The notes under the pieces were generated by a model. That model was not told the origin of the DNA. It saw nothing but the letters and a program-made list of their open reading frames with translations, and did not search any database. Both the position numbers and the translations under genes were made by a program. A stretch of DNA of 64,000 nucleotides from Mobula hypostoma. Lineage: Eukaryota. Below are positions 1 to 13,074 of the stretch, one piece after another (positions within the stretch are counted from its first letter, which is position 1; the number at the start of each line of letters is the position of its first letter). The stretch is from contig NC_086097.1 of assembly GCF_963921235.1 (NCBI RefSeq), forward strand, positions 84,260,001 through 84,324,000, given 5' to 3'.

Positions 1-1064
1 AGAGAGAGAATGAGAGAGAGAATAAATACGTTGCACTATTTATTTTACTGTTGTATTGGATGGCTAGATCTTGCTGCTGTGGTACCTGTTGGGAAGATCT
101 ACCATTGGCAGCATCCCCAAACATTTATTTACTTGATCCAGGATGCAGACACCAACCTTGCAGGCCACGCGGTTCTATACTTGAGCAGTATCATCTGGAT
201 CAGGAGAAGTTCTGTATATGGGCACTAAAAAGCCCTGGGTGCAAATTATTCCTGGCAGCTATGACAACTGGCAGAGCTCCATCTCCAGCTTTGGCTGTTA
301 AAATGATTTTTAATGTTTTTTACATATATCTGGCATTCAACATTTAAAAGCTAAATGTTAACTTTTAAAATTAATCTAAAATGCAATAATTAAAAGTATT
401 AAACACGATTGGGGAAAGTATTTTTCCCTTGTTTTGCATCTGTAGCCATTGGAATTGGTGGGTTTTGAGACCTATGTGGATTGCACTGATGAAGCGAACA
501 GATGGTCAGCATTTTGAAGCTGTCCGTAAGTTTGGGAATTGCAGTATTTCCAATTAAACAAGTAGCTATGGGCAGTTCAAGTTGGAACATCCAGTATTCA
601 CTAACAAAATCTTTGCCAAAATACATCTGGTATTGGCTTTTATGTATCTGCAAACAAATAAAAAGTTGATTTCTTTCCCCTGGAAGCCTGTGTTTGTCCC
701 TTTTAAAACTTGAAGAGGAAAAAGAATAAAATTTCACCAAATAGGGGAAAGAAGTGATAAAGAGGAAAGACATTCTCTGATATTAAAAGGAACCGCTCAG
801 CCGTCGAACATTGAAGAATACTCGTGATGGCACGGAGCACAAAGGGACTTGCTGAGAGATCATGTGCAGAGAGGGAGACGAAAACTCGGCTAACCTCCAA
901 TACAATTCAGCTGAAAATAGTACAAATGCTCAGCAGGTCAGCCAGCATCCATGGAAAGAGAAACAGAGTTCGCATTCACATTTCAAGTGTTAATTCTTTC
1001 CACAAATGTCTGTATGATTTATTGAGAGCTTCTAATATTTTCTGTTTTGCCTGGAAAAGCATTT

Positions 1065-1725
1065 CAGTGATGAGGAGAGACTGAATAAGCTGGGCTTGTT
1101 TTCCTCAGAGCAGAAGAGGCTGATTGAGGGGGTGACCTCAGAGATGCGGGATCAGTCTTCTGGAGACTGATTGAATGGTTCCCTAGCATATTAAAATAGA
1201 CTCTTGACCTCACAATATACCTTCTGATCTTGCACCTCATTGTCTACCTGTACTGCACTTTCTTTGTAGCTGTTACACATAATTCTGCGTTCTGTTAATG
1301 TTACTGCCTTGATGCACTGTGAAGTAAATAATCTGTATAAGCAAGAAGCAAGACAAGGTTTTCAGTGTACCTCAGTATGTGACAATAATAAACCTATTCC
1401 AATTCCATTGAACACAAAATTATAAGGGGCATAGATAGGTAGATAGGAAAAGTATCGAAAAGTAGAATTCATTGGTTTAGGGTAATATTTAAGAAGTTTA
1501 GAGCGGATGTGAGGAAGAAATTTCTCACCCTAAGAAAGGGTTGGAATCTGTATGAGTGGATAGTGAAGACAATTCCTCTCTCAATATTTAAGTATCTGGC
1601 TGAGTACTTCAGTTGCCAATGCATAGATGGGTTGAGATCTAGTGCTTGTAAATGGTCTATTATAGATAAGCACTTGATAGTCCTCTGGGAATATGGCTAT
1701 ACCTGAAGAGATCTCATTGGTGTAA
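1065..1725 (+). mobile_element. Degenerate CR1-type LINE 3' end, interrupted by an L2/Rex-like tail (about 1170-1405)
   Basis: Contains ctgggcttgttttcctcagagcagaagaggctga and gaggaagaaatttctcaccc (RKKFLT, NFFTQR-like). The inserted tail ends gtgacaataataaac, like the one at 25385. Confidence 0.55.
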
Positions 1726-1756
1726 AATGCTAACTCTGTTCCTTTTGCTAAAGAAG

Positions 1757-1760
<4 letters not shown>

Positions 1761-1835
<75 letters not shown>
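1761..1835. repeat. Compound microsatellite (CT)n(CA)n
   Basis: Directly visible. Confidence 0.98.
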
Positions 1836-1837
<2 letters not shown>

Positions 1838-3838
1838 CCCGAGTATATCCTGTATTTTCTACTTTCGTTTCAGACTTCCAACATCAACAGTCATTTGCTT
1901 TTGGAAACGTGCTCATGGTTTTGTTTTATGCTTTTGCTTGGATACCACTCTTGTGTCAGGTTGTTTGATCACTGTGCAAATACAGCTGACCTTCTCATCT
2001 CATACCATCATAGAGTTGTACAAGACAGAAACAGGGTCTTTGGCCCAACTTGAACAGCCCCTCCATCCAATTCTGCCCTGGCTTGGTGTTTTTCTCTCAG
2101 GGGATACTGATGTGACAAAAACTGTAACCTAACAGGGCAGATAAAGGGAAAACCAATCGATGGAATACATCAGACTTTGAGGAAGCATTTTAACAGAGGC
2201 TAATGAGAGCTGGTGGCACAAGTTAAGACTGCACTACTTGAGAAGTAGCCATTTGGACCCCTTGTGCTTGCTTAGTAATATTGTGACTGAAGTTTTGCCT
2301 CAGAACCACTTTCTTGCACGAACCCCACATGCCTTGGTTTTCTGAATATTTTAATATTTATTGATCCCTGTTCATGGGGTTGGAGACTATAATATTACTG
2401 TGTTAAAAGACTGGTTAAAGAAAACTGAATAGAAATATGCATTGATTTGTATTTCTATTCAGTGGGCTGTTGCTAGTTGGGGTTACTAGGTTCTGACGAA
2501 GGGCTACAGACTCGTGACTTTGACCATTTCTCTTTACACCAGTGCTGCCTGACCTGCTGAGTTTTCCCAACATTTTCTGCGTTTGTTGCTCGTGGGGTTT
2601 CACAAGGATGGACCTCAGTCACTTGCACTCTATACTCACAATTAAGGTGAAGTGACCCCATTAGATGAATCTATGTTTGGTGACTGTAGGTGGCTGTTTG
2701 GGAGCGTGATCTGTAAGATGGATGCAAAGAATCTCTAATGAGATGTGTATCAGTTATGGGACTGGGACAATGGAGTGTAATGTGAAAAACTGTGAAATCA
2801 TTTGTTTAAATAGAAATAAGAATGTTCTTAAAGAGTGAGAAGCCGGTAAATGATAGTAGTTCCCTAGATCGGGGTGTTTTTGTACATGAGGTATATGGGT
2901 GATATTGAGGAACACGAGGAAGTTTGGGAGACAAGTGGTACTGTATCATTTGTGGTGAGGCAGTTTGAGTATAAGAGCTTAGCCGCTAAGGAGGACTCTT
3001 ATTGCGTCATTTATTTTATTGTTCTTGTTGAATTGGGAAAGCAGAGAGTAAATTCATTGCTCTTTACGGTAAGGTTGCTGTCCATGGAAATCCAACAGCC
3101 CTTTGCAAAGATATCATTGAGAGATGGTGGTGGATCCCATCAGCATTCCTCTCCAAGGTTCTCATTAAAAAACCTTACTGTTTAATGAGATTAACAAATT
3201 CATTCGAAGTACTTCTTTAGCTGTCTCTCTCTTTTCTGCTGTTTTGGCTTCCTGGACTATTTCTAACCTGCAAAGGAAGGATGGTGTGGTTTGGGATAGC
3301 GGGGGGTCAGTGTTCCAGGATTGTAATACTAAAATACCAATAAAATAGGACTTGGATCTGACACTGCTGGTTCTTGGTGTCAACACAGCTTTCGTTGTGC
3401 AGTTGGGATGGCAGCTGTATCAACATTCCTATCTTTGTTAAGCTGATTTTGTTTTGACCTAGCTGTCAAATAATTGTCATCCAAGTTATTAAAAAATTTG
3501 ACAAGTCTGCATTGCAAGTCTTAGCTCCGGCACACAAGGCTGTGCTTGGCTCCAAAGTAAACAGTGTTCCACTGTCCCTGCTTCCCAGTAAAGGTGCTTG
3601 GAGAGTCTTGAATTACAGGCCAGCATTGATTGACAGAAATTCCTACAGGCATCTTTAGCTGGAAGTTATCATGCCATCTGTGAAGAGATTGTCTGATATT
3701 ATTTTAAGATGCTCTTAGCCTTCATGGCTACTGTGTTATAATTGTTGTTGTGGGCATTTAGCTTGTCAACAGATGAATGTGTTCATTTTAGGGTTATGTC
3801 ACAATTTTTAATATAGTACAGAATTCTTTTGTTTTCAG

Positions 3839-4010
3839 TTTTTAATAGGAGACCGTGATCAAGACCTGGAGTGCAATGTACACTGTTCCAGTTCCCAGCC
3901 GAAGCCTCTCTGTGTGTCCGATGGCAGGACTTACGAGTCAAGATGTGACTTCCAGAGGGCCAAGTGCCGGGATCCAACACTGGAGATCACACACCGAGGC
4001 AGATGTAAAG
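3839..4010 (+). CDS. SMOC1: SMOC1 coding exon 2 (Kazal/follistatin-like domain), 172 bp, phase 0 to 1
   Basis: ttttgttttcag acceptor and AAAG|gtacat donor. Translates FLIGDRDQDLECNVHCSSSQPKPLCVSDGRTYESRCDFQRAKCRDPTLEITHRGRCK, matching human SMOC1 FLISDRDPQCNLHCSRTQPKPICASDGRSYESMCEYQRAKCRDPTLGVVHRGRCK. Confidence 0.96.
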
Positions 4011-4087
4011 GTACATCATTCTCTATCGAATTTGCCAGGGGCAGCTGAGAATGGTCAGTAAGTTCAGCAATGCTCAAGTACTGTAGT

Positions 4088-4166
4088 CAGGGGTCCTCAA
4101 ACTTTTTATGCCGTGGATCCCTGTCACAAACCGAGGGGTCTGTGGGCCCCAGGTTGGGGATCTCTG
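4088..4166. mobile_element. Short hAT/Charlie-like MITE
   Basis: Imperfect TIRs CAGGGGTCCTCAAAC and GTTGGGGATCTCTG. A related copy lies in opposite orientation at 58017-58086. Confidence 0.6.
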
Positions 4167-6914
4167 CTATAAGTGAATGGTGGGGGGGGGGCAGCGAAGC
4201 TATTGAGTAGCTTAGCTGCAAAGTGAACGATGAGGGTTAGACCATCTCACAGAAATGTTCCACAGGCAACTTCTGTGGAACAGGGAATCTTCTTTGACAC
4301 TTTAATTGGGGATTAATGGACGCTTCTTACGGCAAAATGGAGTCAAACATCGGCTCGCACCCTGTCTCATTCACACCGTATAACAATTTCCCCGTAGCCT
4401 TGATGTTTTTCGACTGTGTGTACCTACTTTCCTTTTAGAAAGTACAATTTGCTTTGATTGCTCATAGTTCACCCCAGGTTGGAACACATGCTTTTATTTT
4501 AATAAGAACATTCTCCCAATCTCTGGTTCTTCCATTTATCTAATATCTCCTTCCTCTCCTGCAGCTAGACAGTTTTTCTCCCCAACTGCTCCAAGAGAAG
4601 TTTTAAACACTTTAAAAGTCTCCTGCCAACCTTCGCAAGCAATCACAGCCTTTTTACTCTCTCCATATAACCAAAGCCCTGGTGTTGTTCTTGTGAATTA
4701 AGTCAGTAGGAAAGTTGCTTTTTTTGGTGTTCTCCATGTTACTCTTAGTACCATTTGGATATTCATTCACAAGTATGGATATACTTCCCACTTGTTGAAT
4801 GCGGGTTGCAAGCATGCCTGCCCAGTCAGTGCAATTCCTGATGCCCAGCCTTGGGCTTTCAGATCTGGGAAATGGATCCACTCATCTGTTGCATGTGCAT
4901 TGGCTTAAGCACCACTAATATCCAAATCTTCTTCATCCTCGCCATCCTGTCCTCTCCCCCCACCCCTCTGCCTCCTCAGCAGGTTGTTGAGCTTGGCAAA
5001 ATTAGAGATAATTCTCTAAATATCAGACAGATCCACCAGGAAACCCTGCAGTGTTAAGTATCAGGGCACAAGTAATTAGTGTCCAGGGTTTCTGTGAGGG
5101 ACTGGACCAGTGTGCCAACAGATTAATGTAGATTGCGCTGAGGCTTCACAGTGCAGTGTATTGGTGAAGAGGGGATATCAAGTGATGCGCTTGCCATGGA
5201 TGTTCATGCCTTCTCCCCCCTGGCTCTGGCTTGGGCCTGGGATCCCGATTGCCCTATGAGGAGGAGCTTCTTTGGTAGCCTTCAGGTGCTGAAGAGGAGG
5301 GGGCTCAGCCCCTCTGACCACTTGCCCTCCTAATAGCTAGTTGTCTCTGAATGTTGTCAAGGCCTAGTCTATAATCTGCCAGCGTCGTTCCTAAGTTAGT
5401 GGCTCCACGCATGGATGTGTGAGTATGTCAGTATGTTTGAATGCTTCAGTTGGAGTCCATATCGGCAATGAGAAATTTTAATTACTAACGCTTTCACCTT
5501 GCCAGCTCTTGTGGGATCATGGCATTAGTTTCGGGCGTTGAGTCAGGGCCCTCACCCCCACTGGAACTGTCCCGCCCTCCTACCCCACTCTCAGTCCTTG
5601 AGGGTTCCTTGTTGCCTGGTGTACATCCATGTACCAGTGTTTCAGTGCGCAGCCTGTGAACCCCGCACTCTCTGCAGTCCTCCAATGGCAGTCCTGCATA
5701 TCTGCCGGGGGGCGGCGGCTGTTGGGTGGTCTCAGAGAGTGTCCCTTTAAGGGCTGAAACACTGCCATCATTGCTGCTTGGTTAACTGACGGCAGCTGCT
5801 TGAAACTCACACAGCAAACATTGTGACTCTGCTGCTTCGCAAATATGGCAGGGTTACTCACTGCAAAAAAAGCCTCTGCTCATGCATTTGCCCGACGATC
5901 GTGATGCAAGATCATAATCTGAGGACTGAAATATCACAGGGGCAAGGCACGGTGATTATTTAATGCTCCAAAAATAGAGTTGATGAATTTCTAAGGGATA
6001 GAATCTTTCAGTGCATAGGGAGCTCATTCGCTCTCTGTCACATCCCTGACTGTCACAGCCATCCCATTTAGACCAGGTCCCCAGCTTTCTCCTCACAAAC
6101 TTCAAACAAATTAACCTTGCTAAGTAGTGTACATAACTAATTGCTTTATGTAGGTTTGTTTTGAAGCTGATTCCATTGAGCTATCAGGTAAGATGTCCAA
6201 ATCTTAAAGAACCTTTTTTCATTTCCTGTCTGTCGCTTTTGCCAATTATTTCAAACGTCCAACCTCTGATTGCCAAACTGTATGTTTAAGGAATTATTTT
6301 TACCTGCTTTCTCTACCAAAACTTCTCATTGTTTTGCATAACCTCCTTAACCTTCTTGATCGAAGGAAAAAAGTCTCAGTTTATCTAGACTGTCCACAGG
6401 CATTAACTCCAATCCATATGCCCATTCTGATAAAACTTCCTCTGTTCCCTCACCAAGCGCTTGACATCCTGAAGTGAGTTGCCCACAATTGTATGTGATA
6501 TATCATCAGAGGAAAAATAATTTATCAGAGCTTAATTGTACTGGTGTATGGGTTTACAATATCTAATATACATTTTAGCTACACTTGCAGTTTATACTTG
6601 CTGTCACAACATATGGTTTCTCCCAAAGAGTATCCTTGCGACATTAGTTCACACCTGAAATGTGTCTGTCCACCACCCACCAGCCTTGGCCCTCCTGAAA
6701 ACTGCTGCCATCATTCGTGGCACTTAACGGTCTGCTCATGATTTATTGACATTGGACTTTATTAGCAGGTAGAGGTCATTTATATGAAAGACAAAATGTT
6801 ACTATAGTAGCCCGTAGAAACCCCACCACGTGCCTCTCTTCCATCAGGAAATCATCAATATATACCACTTTGTCTTCTGTACCCCAGCTCCTTTTCTGCC
6901 CGTGTTACTGCGAT

Positions 6915-7192
6915 CTTATCTATGTATCTATCTAGATGCAGCATGGGATAGTCTCTCCCGGCCCTTCAAGCCACACCGCCCAGCAATCCCTCGATTTAAC
7001 CCTAGCCTAATCACGGGACAATTTACAACGGCCAATTAGCCTACTAACTGATAGGCCTCTGGACAGTGAGAGGAAACCGGAGCACCCGGAGGAAGCCCAC
7101 ACAGTCACAGGGTGAAGGCACAAACTCCTTGCAGGCAGCATCGGAAATTATACCCGGTGCTGTGAAGCACTGTGCCAACCACTGCACTACCA
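6915..7192 (-). mobile_element. tRNA-derived SINE (HE1/V-SINE-like) with CR1-type tail
   Basis: The reverse strand starts ggtagtgcagtggttggcac (A box) and has the V-SINE-like core gagtttgt...ctccgggtgctccggtttcct. Related copies lie at about 11706-11950, 19155-19330, 29490-29765, 30985-31225, 48893-49200, 56110-56270 and 58450-58720. Confidence 0.75.
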
Positions 7193-7885
7193 AGCGGTCC
7201 CTTGGCAGTCTTCTTAGGCAGTCTCTCAGCATCTGGGATAGTTTGCATTCATTCTGGATTGGGCAGGCAGTGGATGATGTGGCAGGCAAGTAGTTAGTGA
7301 CGTAGTCAGTTCCTCCCACCACATGCACAGACTTGATTCTCGGTACTATCCTGAGTTTCCTCTACACCGAGTGCTCATGGGCCAGAGATTCCCAGACGTT
7401 AATAGCCATGTTATCTTTTCCAAGGAAACTTTGAGCACTCCCCTGAATCATTTCCTCTCTCTGCCTGGTAGTCCTGTCCAGTGACAGAATACAGGAAGGA
7501 ATGTCTGTTTCAGGAGTCTGCTGTCTGTCATGCAGACAATGTAGCTGCCCAATGTAACTTCATCCTTAGTGCTGGGATGTTGGCTCGGGAATGAATACTG
7601 ACCTTGGTCTGCTTCTCCTGATGAAGTTGGAGAATTTTGCTCTTGGATCAAGTAAACTACATTTGACACTCCTCTATATTTCAACAGCAAGATCACTGCA
7701 GAGACACGATCATTTATTACCCTGTTGGTTCCGCTGCCATTTCCATTTGTGTCCAGGATCACCAGACTCCTGATGGTGCTGAGCTGGAATTGCATTTCCT
7801 TCACTTTAGGCAGATGTTATTTTTTTTTCAATAAAGAGATTTACCTGGGTAGGGTAGGATTCTGACTTGGACTTGAGTGTAGCTA

Positions 7886-8407
7886 CGAGGGGTGATTGAT
7901 AAGTTTATGCTCTGTGGTAGAAGGAGTCAATTTTAGAAAACCTAGCACATTTATTTTTCAACATAGTCCCCTCCTACATGTACACACTTAGTCCAGCAGT
8001 TGTGGAGCATATGGATCCCTTCTTTGTAGAAGTCAGCGTCTTGGACCTCCAGAAAGTAGTCCACAGCTGGGGTGATTGATAGGTTCGTGGCCTAAGGTAG
8101 GAGATGAGTTATACAGCTCTCGTTACGTGCACATGCAGTTCAACTCTTTGAGTGATTATGCAGAAAGTTTGAAGTTAATAACGCATCTTCTGCTACCTTA
8201 GACCATGAACTTATCAATCACCCCTGCTGTGGACCACTTTCTGCAGGTCCAAGACGCCGACTTCTACAAAGAAGTGATCTGTTTGCTCCATGACCGCTGG
8301 ACTAAGTGTGCAAATGTAGGAGGGGACTATGTTGAAAAATAAACGTGCTAGGTTTTCTAAAATTGATTCCTTCTACCATAGACCACGAACTTATCAATCA
8401 CCCCTGG
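7886..8407. mobile_element. Mariner-derived MITE with long inverted arms, flanked by TA
   Basis: Ends are TA|CGAGGGGTGATTGATAAGT and ACTTATCAATCACCCCTGG|TA. The arms are reverse complements over about 220 bp. 8226-8342 translates AVDHFLQVQDADFYKEVICLLHDRWTKCANVGGDYVEK*, a mariner transposase C-terminus. Confidence 0.9.
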
Positions 8408-9046
8408 TATGTTGCAGTGTGCCATTCAGTTTCTTGGGAACCTGAAGGAGAAGTGGTGCTGCTCAGGAACGAATGCAAGTTGTGTATTTGATGCAATTTC
8501 ATTCTCTGTGCAAACTTGGGTCAAGAGGGGTAGCCAATTACTGTAATTTCTCATTAACAGGTCTATTTTTGACTTGCCATTGGCACTACTGTAAATCTAA
8601 CCACCTTGTTAGCTTCCCTTCCTCCAGTGATAGGAAGGAGTGTGCTCAGAAGGTGGGAAAAATGTGCCCAGGGCTGCACAACAAGGTGTATGTTTTTTGT
8701 ACTCAAGCTTTTCGACTGGCTGATGGCTGCTAATTCAAGCAATATTCAAACTCCTGTAAGTTCAAGATCCTGGACAAAACGTCCACAAATACAAACTATG
8801 CTAAAGCTGTTCAGCACCTCCTTGTGTGTCATTTCAACACAAGCAATATTTAGAAAATAGCTCCGACTTGCACTTGCTTGGAAACTTTCTTTATAGGTGA
8901 ATGGAGGTTTCTCATTTTAATGGAGCAGTTTTCACTATTGCCGTGACTGAGGCCAAAGGTTCATGCAAGAGCAGAGCGGGTAGCATCCCGACGAGTCACA
9001 ATATTCTGTAAGTACAACAGTAATAAAATCTGCTCTCATTTTACAG

Positions 9047-9162
9047 AGACAGGCCCAACCAAGTGTCGGACAGAGAGGGCACAGCAGGCACAGGAACAGG
9101 CCAAAAAACCACAGGAACCGGTGTTTATTCCAGAGTGTAACGAGGATGGCTCATTTGCTCAG
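9047..9162 (+). CDS. SMOC1: SMOC1 coding exon 3 (N-terminal half of thyroglobulin type-1 domain 1), 116 bp, phase 1 to 0
   Basis: ctctcattttacag acceptor and CAG|gtaagc donor. Translates (E)TGPTKCRTERAQQAQEQAKKPQEPVFIPECNEDGSFAQ, versus human KCRLERAQALEQAKKPQEAVFVPECGEDGSFTQ. Confidence 0.96.
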
Positions 9163-10224
9163 GTAAGCTAACGGGAGGGAGTGTGGAGAAGAAGCCTGTC
9201 TCCTCATATATAAGAGTGTAAAGGTGTTAAAGGTTTTTAGGTTGGTGAACTTTAATCAGAAGCGCCGTTTAGTAGATCAGTTTTTATTTGTATGGACTCC
9301 AATGAGCACCTTGGTGTTTTATCACATCAACCTGTAAATGGAGATTGTTATGTTTCCCTTGGGCTCTTTATATTTCTGTGCTTATTTTGTCTTAATTTAT
9401 TTATTACTTCCTCAATTACTGTGTCTTTCTCTTCGCATTGCGCCTGTGGTCGTGAACTCACTTTCGTGAACTTCAGTTCTGAATGTTGTTTGCTTACTTT
9501 TATTGTTGCACAATTTGTTTTTTTTCAACGCACATTGGGTGTTTGACGGTTTTCTTTTTTATTGGGTCTCTTTGTTTTTGTGACTGCCTATAAAGAGACA
9601 AATCTCAAGGTTGTATAAAGTTTATATACTTTGAAAATAAACTTTGACTGTTGAAGTACAATTTGAGGAGGTTTTTGAGATCTGCAAATCCTGTCTCATC
9701 ACCACCACCACACTTCCCTTCTATATATTGTACACTGGATGGAAGTGAAGATTTTATTGCTAATGCAATAAAAGTTAACCACTGATTTTAAGGTGTAGGA
9801 TCTTCCTGTTTCTTTTCCAGTTTAAAACCTACCAGAGATGTTTCTAACTAGATTGTGAGAACAAATACTGATGTAATCGATGAAGTGAAGACAACTTCAC
9901 TATTCAGGAATAACTTGCTAGTTGCCTTAACTCCTTCAACTGTTGCAGAGTTTCCAGTCTGACCCCTCTGAGTAGAGGTGTTCATGACAGTGCTGTGTAT
10001 AATGACAGGTATAATGACACAAGCAAAACCCATGAGCATTTCCCCGCTTGTAAGTCTTACACAAATGTGATGAATGATCAGCCAACTCATGAGTTGATTG
10101 ATGGATAATGCTGTCGTACAGAAAATATTTTTCCACATTTTTCTGTACATTCTACAACATCTGTCTGACTTAATTTCATATTACTTTTGAAAAATGGAAT
10201 ATCAGATAACAAAATACTGCAGGA

Positions 10225-11075
10225 GTATATTAGCGTAATGCTCTAACGGTGCCAACTAAAGATCGGGGTTCGATTCCAGCCGCTGTCTGTAAGAAGTTTG
10301 TACATTCTCCCAGTGATCATGTGGACTTCCTCTCACACTATGGTTTAGGGTAGTATGAGGTGTCAGGGAGGGGTAGCACCTCTGGTGGGGGTACATGTCG
10401 CGTCCTTTTCAAGGTGGTTAGTCCACCTTTGGCCCCCATCTGGCGCACAGCTCTCACCTGTGGCTCCCCGTAGCTGTTTGCATGCGACAGTAGCCACACC
10501 CTGGGCAATGGCTTCGACAAGCCGGCTAAACCAGGTGAGGGTAGCCGATGGGTCTCAAACCCTCGGTGAGATAGGGAGTTGTCTATCCCAGCATGTGAAG
10601 ACAGACTCCAGCGGATTGAGCGGACGAGACCGATAGAAGGTCCAACGGTCAAGAAGGCGGTCTCTGCAAGCGTTGTGGAACGTGTAGAGCAGGACAAGAC
10701 ACAGAAGATGTCCTGGTCATCCACAGCGCCTAGTCGCATCTCCAGCCATCTAGACTCAGTCTTGCCACTGGATCCAGACGGGAATTGGGAAGAGAGAGTG
10801 AGGCTGATGCTACGCAACTCTTCCTCACTTAAATCCAAACCACGTGCTAGTCTCGAAGCCATCATAATAGTGTTGAGGTCCTCATTGACGTCGACGATGG
10901 ATGAACACATGGTTTAGGGTTAGTAAGTTGTGGGCCTGCTATGTTGCAGCTGAAGACAGGGTGATATTTTGGGCTGTCCCCAGCATATATTTGGACTGTG
11001 TTGGTTGTTGACACACATGGCACATTTCACTGTATGTTACAATGTACATGTGACACATACAGCTAATCTTAATTG
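10225..11075 (+). mobile_element. tRNA-derived SINE interrupted by the insertion at 10352-10908
   Basis: B box GGTTCGATTCC near 10267 and tail gtacatgtgacacatacagctaatctt. An uninterrupted relative lies at 36235-36550. Confidence 0.75.
10352..10908 (+). mobile_element. Non-autonomous retroelement, probably RTE-derived
   Basis: Exact 12-bp TSD ATGGTTTAGGGT at 10340-10351 and 10909-10920. The body is CpG-rich, and the 3' end gacgtcgacgatggatga resembles an RTE-type terminus. Confidence 0.65.
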
Positions 11076-12531
11076 CACTGGAGTACCAGTCTATGTCATG
11101 ACTATTCAAATCCCGATGTGGGACTTAAATTTATAACCTTCTAACCCAGAGATAATTAACGGTGTCCTTTGCACACTGTATGCAAGAGATTTTCTTTCAC
11201 CATATAGTTTTAATTGTTCCTCTTATTTACTATTGTTGGGTTTGGGAATCTTTTCATTTAATTAGTTAAAGTTCAAAGTAAATTTATTATCAAAGTACAT
11301 ATATGTCACCATATACATCCCTGGGATTCATTTTCTTGCAGGCATGCTCAATAATTTGAATAGCCATAATAGAACCAATGGATTTTAAGCCATTGAGACC
11401 TTTAAGATGGAAGATATCTTTCAGGAAGAATAGATTTTGCTTTGTGAGGGATTGCTCTGTTATATGAACCCACGGGTCCATTCAAGAGCAGGGAAAAACT
11501 TTGTGTGGGCAAGTTTGTATCCATGCCAGCCTCTGTGGGTCAATAATCTCAAGCAGAGGGCAGGGAAATGGTTGTTTATATGAGGTAATATAAACTCATT
11601 TCTGTGGCTGCTTTGGTGGAAGTGTCAGGCCTGAGGAAGTACATTAGTGAGAAAATATTGGATGTGGTCAAGACTAAATAAAAGAACAGTAACTTTTTAG
11701 ATACATAGAGTCATGTTGTGCAGAATCAGGCCCTTCTGCTCACAGAGGCTGCACTGACCCATTTACAACAATCCTACTTTAATTCCATCTTTCATTCTCA
11801 TCTCATTCTCAGTCAATCCCCCCACCCCCGATTCTGCTACTCACCTATACAACTTGAGGCAATCTGCAGTGACCCAGTAAACTACCAACCAGCACATCTT
11901 TTGGATATAGGAGGGAACAGAAGAGCCTCAAAGAACCCCACATGGACACAGATCGTGGGCGGATGTTAAGGCGTAATCCTAACAGGCAGTGAGAAAATGG
12001 TGCTGAAAATCTCTTCTTGAACTTGAGGGAGCAGTGATTTCTGAGGGTGGTGTATGACTTGGGGAATTTGGGGGTGGTATTCCCGTACCCCTATTACTCT
12101 TGATCACCCGGGAGCAGGAAGTGTTGTGGGAGAGGCTTCGGTGGCTTTCCAAAGCCAGAGCCACTGCGTGCTGGGGGTGCAGGGAATTACTATTTCGTGG
12201 AATATGTGTCTTCACCAAGTGTGTGAGCTGTGATTGGCCATTATATAAATGTGCTTCCTATTCCTTTTAACAAGTTAATATTAGTAAACTTGATCAGTGA
12301 CAAAATGCAATTCAAGAGCTGCACAGAAGCGAAGTCCTCCTGAACAGATTTATCATTGTGATGCCGAATGTGGTGTTCGCACTGACAGGACCACCTCATC
12401 AAGGTGAAATGAAAACAGCAGTATACCCATCCTGCTCTGTGCTGTGTGTTGTCAGACTAGGGTATAAAATTGTTATTTTTGTAATAGTCTAACTTTTCCT
12501 ATGCTTGCTTATATATTTGTACGATCACCTA

Positions 12532-13074
12532 TAGCACTGTGAAGAAGTCTTAGGCACATACAGTATTTTAGCTAGGGAGCCTAAGACTTCTGCACAGTAC
12601 TGTAGTAATTTTATGTATTGCACTGTACAGCGGCCACAAAATAAAATCATGACACATATGTGAGTGATTATAAACCTGATTCTGATATGAGTCTCTATTG
12701 TGGTCTGAGAATGGGAAGGGAGAAGTTAGAGGGGAATCCTGGTTGGGAAAAAGGGAAGGTAGAGGGGAGGGAGAGGGAAGCACCAGAGAAACATTCTGTA
12801 ATGATCAATAACCCAATTGTTTGAAATCGGATGACCTTGCCTGGTGTGTCAGGGCTGGGGGTATCTGCACCCGTGCCAAACCCCACCCCTGGCACCCCTT
12901 CTCTGCCACCTGTCCCATACCCCTCCCACTGTGCTGCACCCTCACCATTCCCAACTTCCTTTGCTTCTGCCAGATTTACAAACTCGCTGTCTGCTCCACT
13001 TTGACAAATTACTGTCCAAAAGTTTTAGGCACCCGAGCGAAATAAATGTGCCTAAGATTTTTTGTACAGGAGTG
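12532..13074. mobile_element. Tc1-like composite non-autonomous element with a hairpin mini-MITE at each end
   Basis: The TIR motif ACTGTGCAAAAGTCTTAGGCAC occurs in direct and inverted form at both ends (12532-12602 and about 13009-13074), with TA flanks. A homologous partial copy lies at 26190-26602. Confidence 0.75.
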
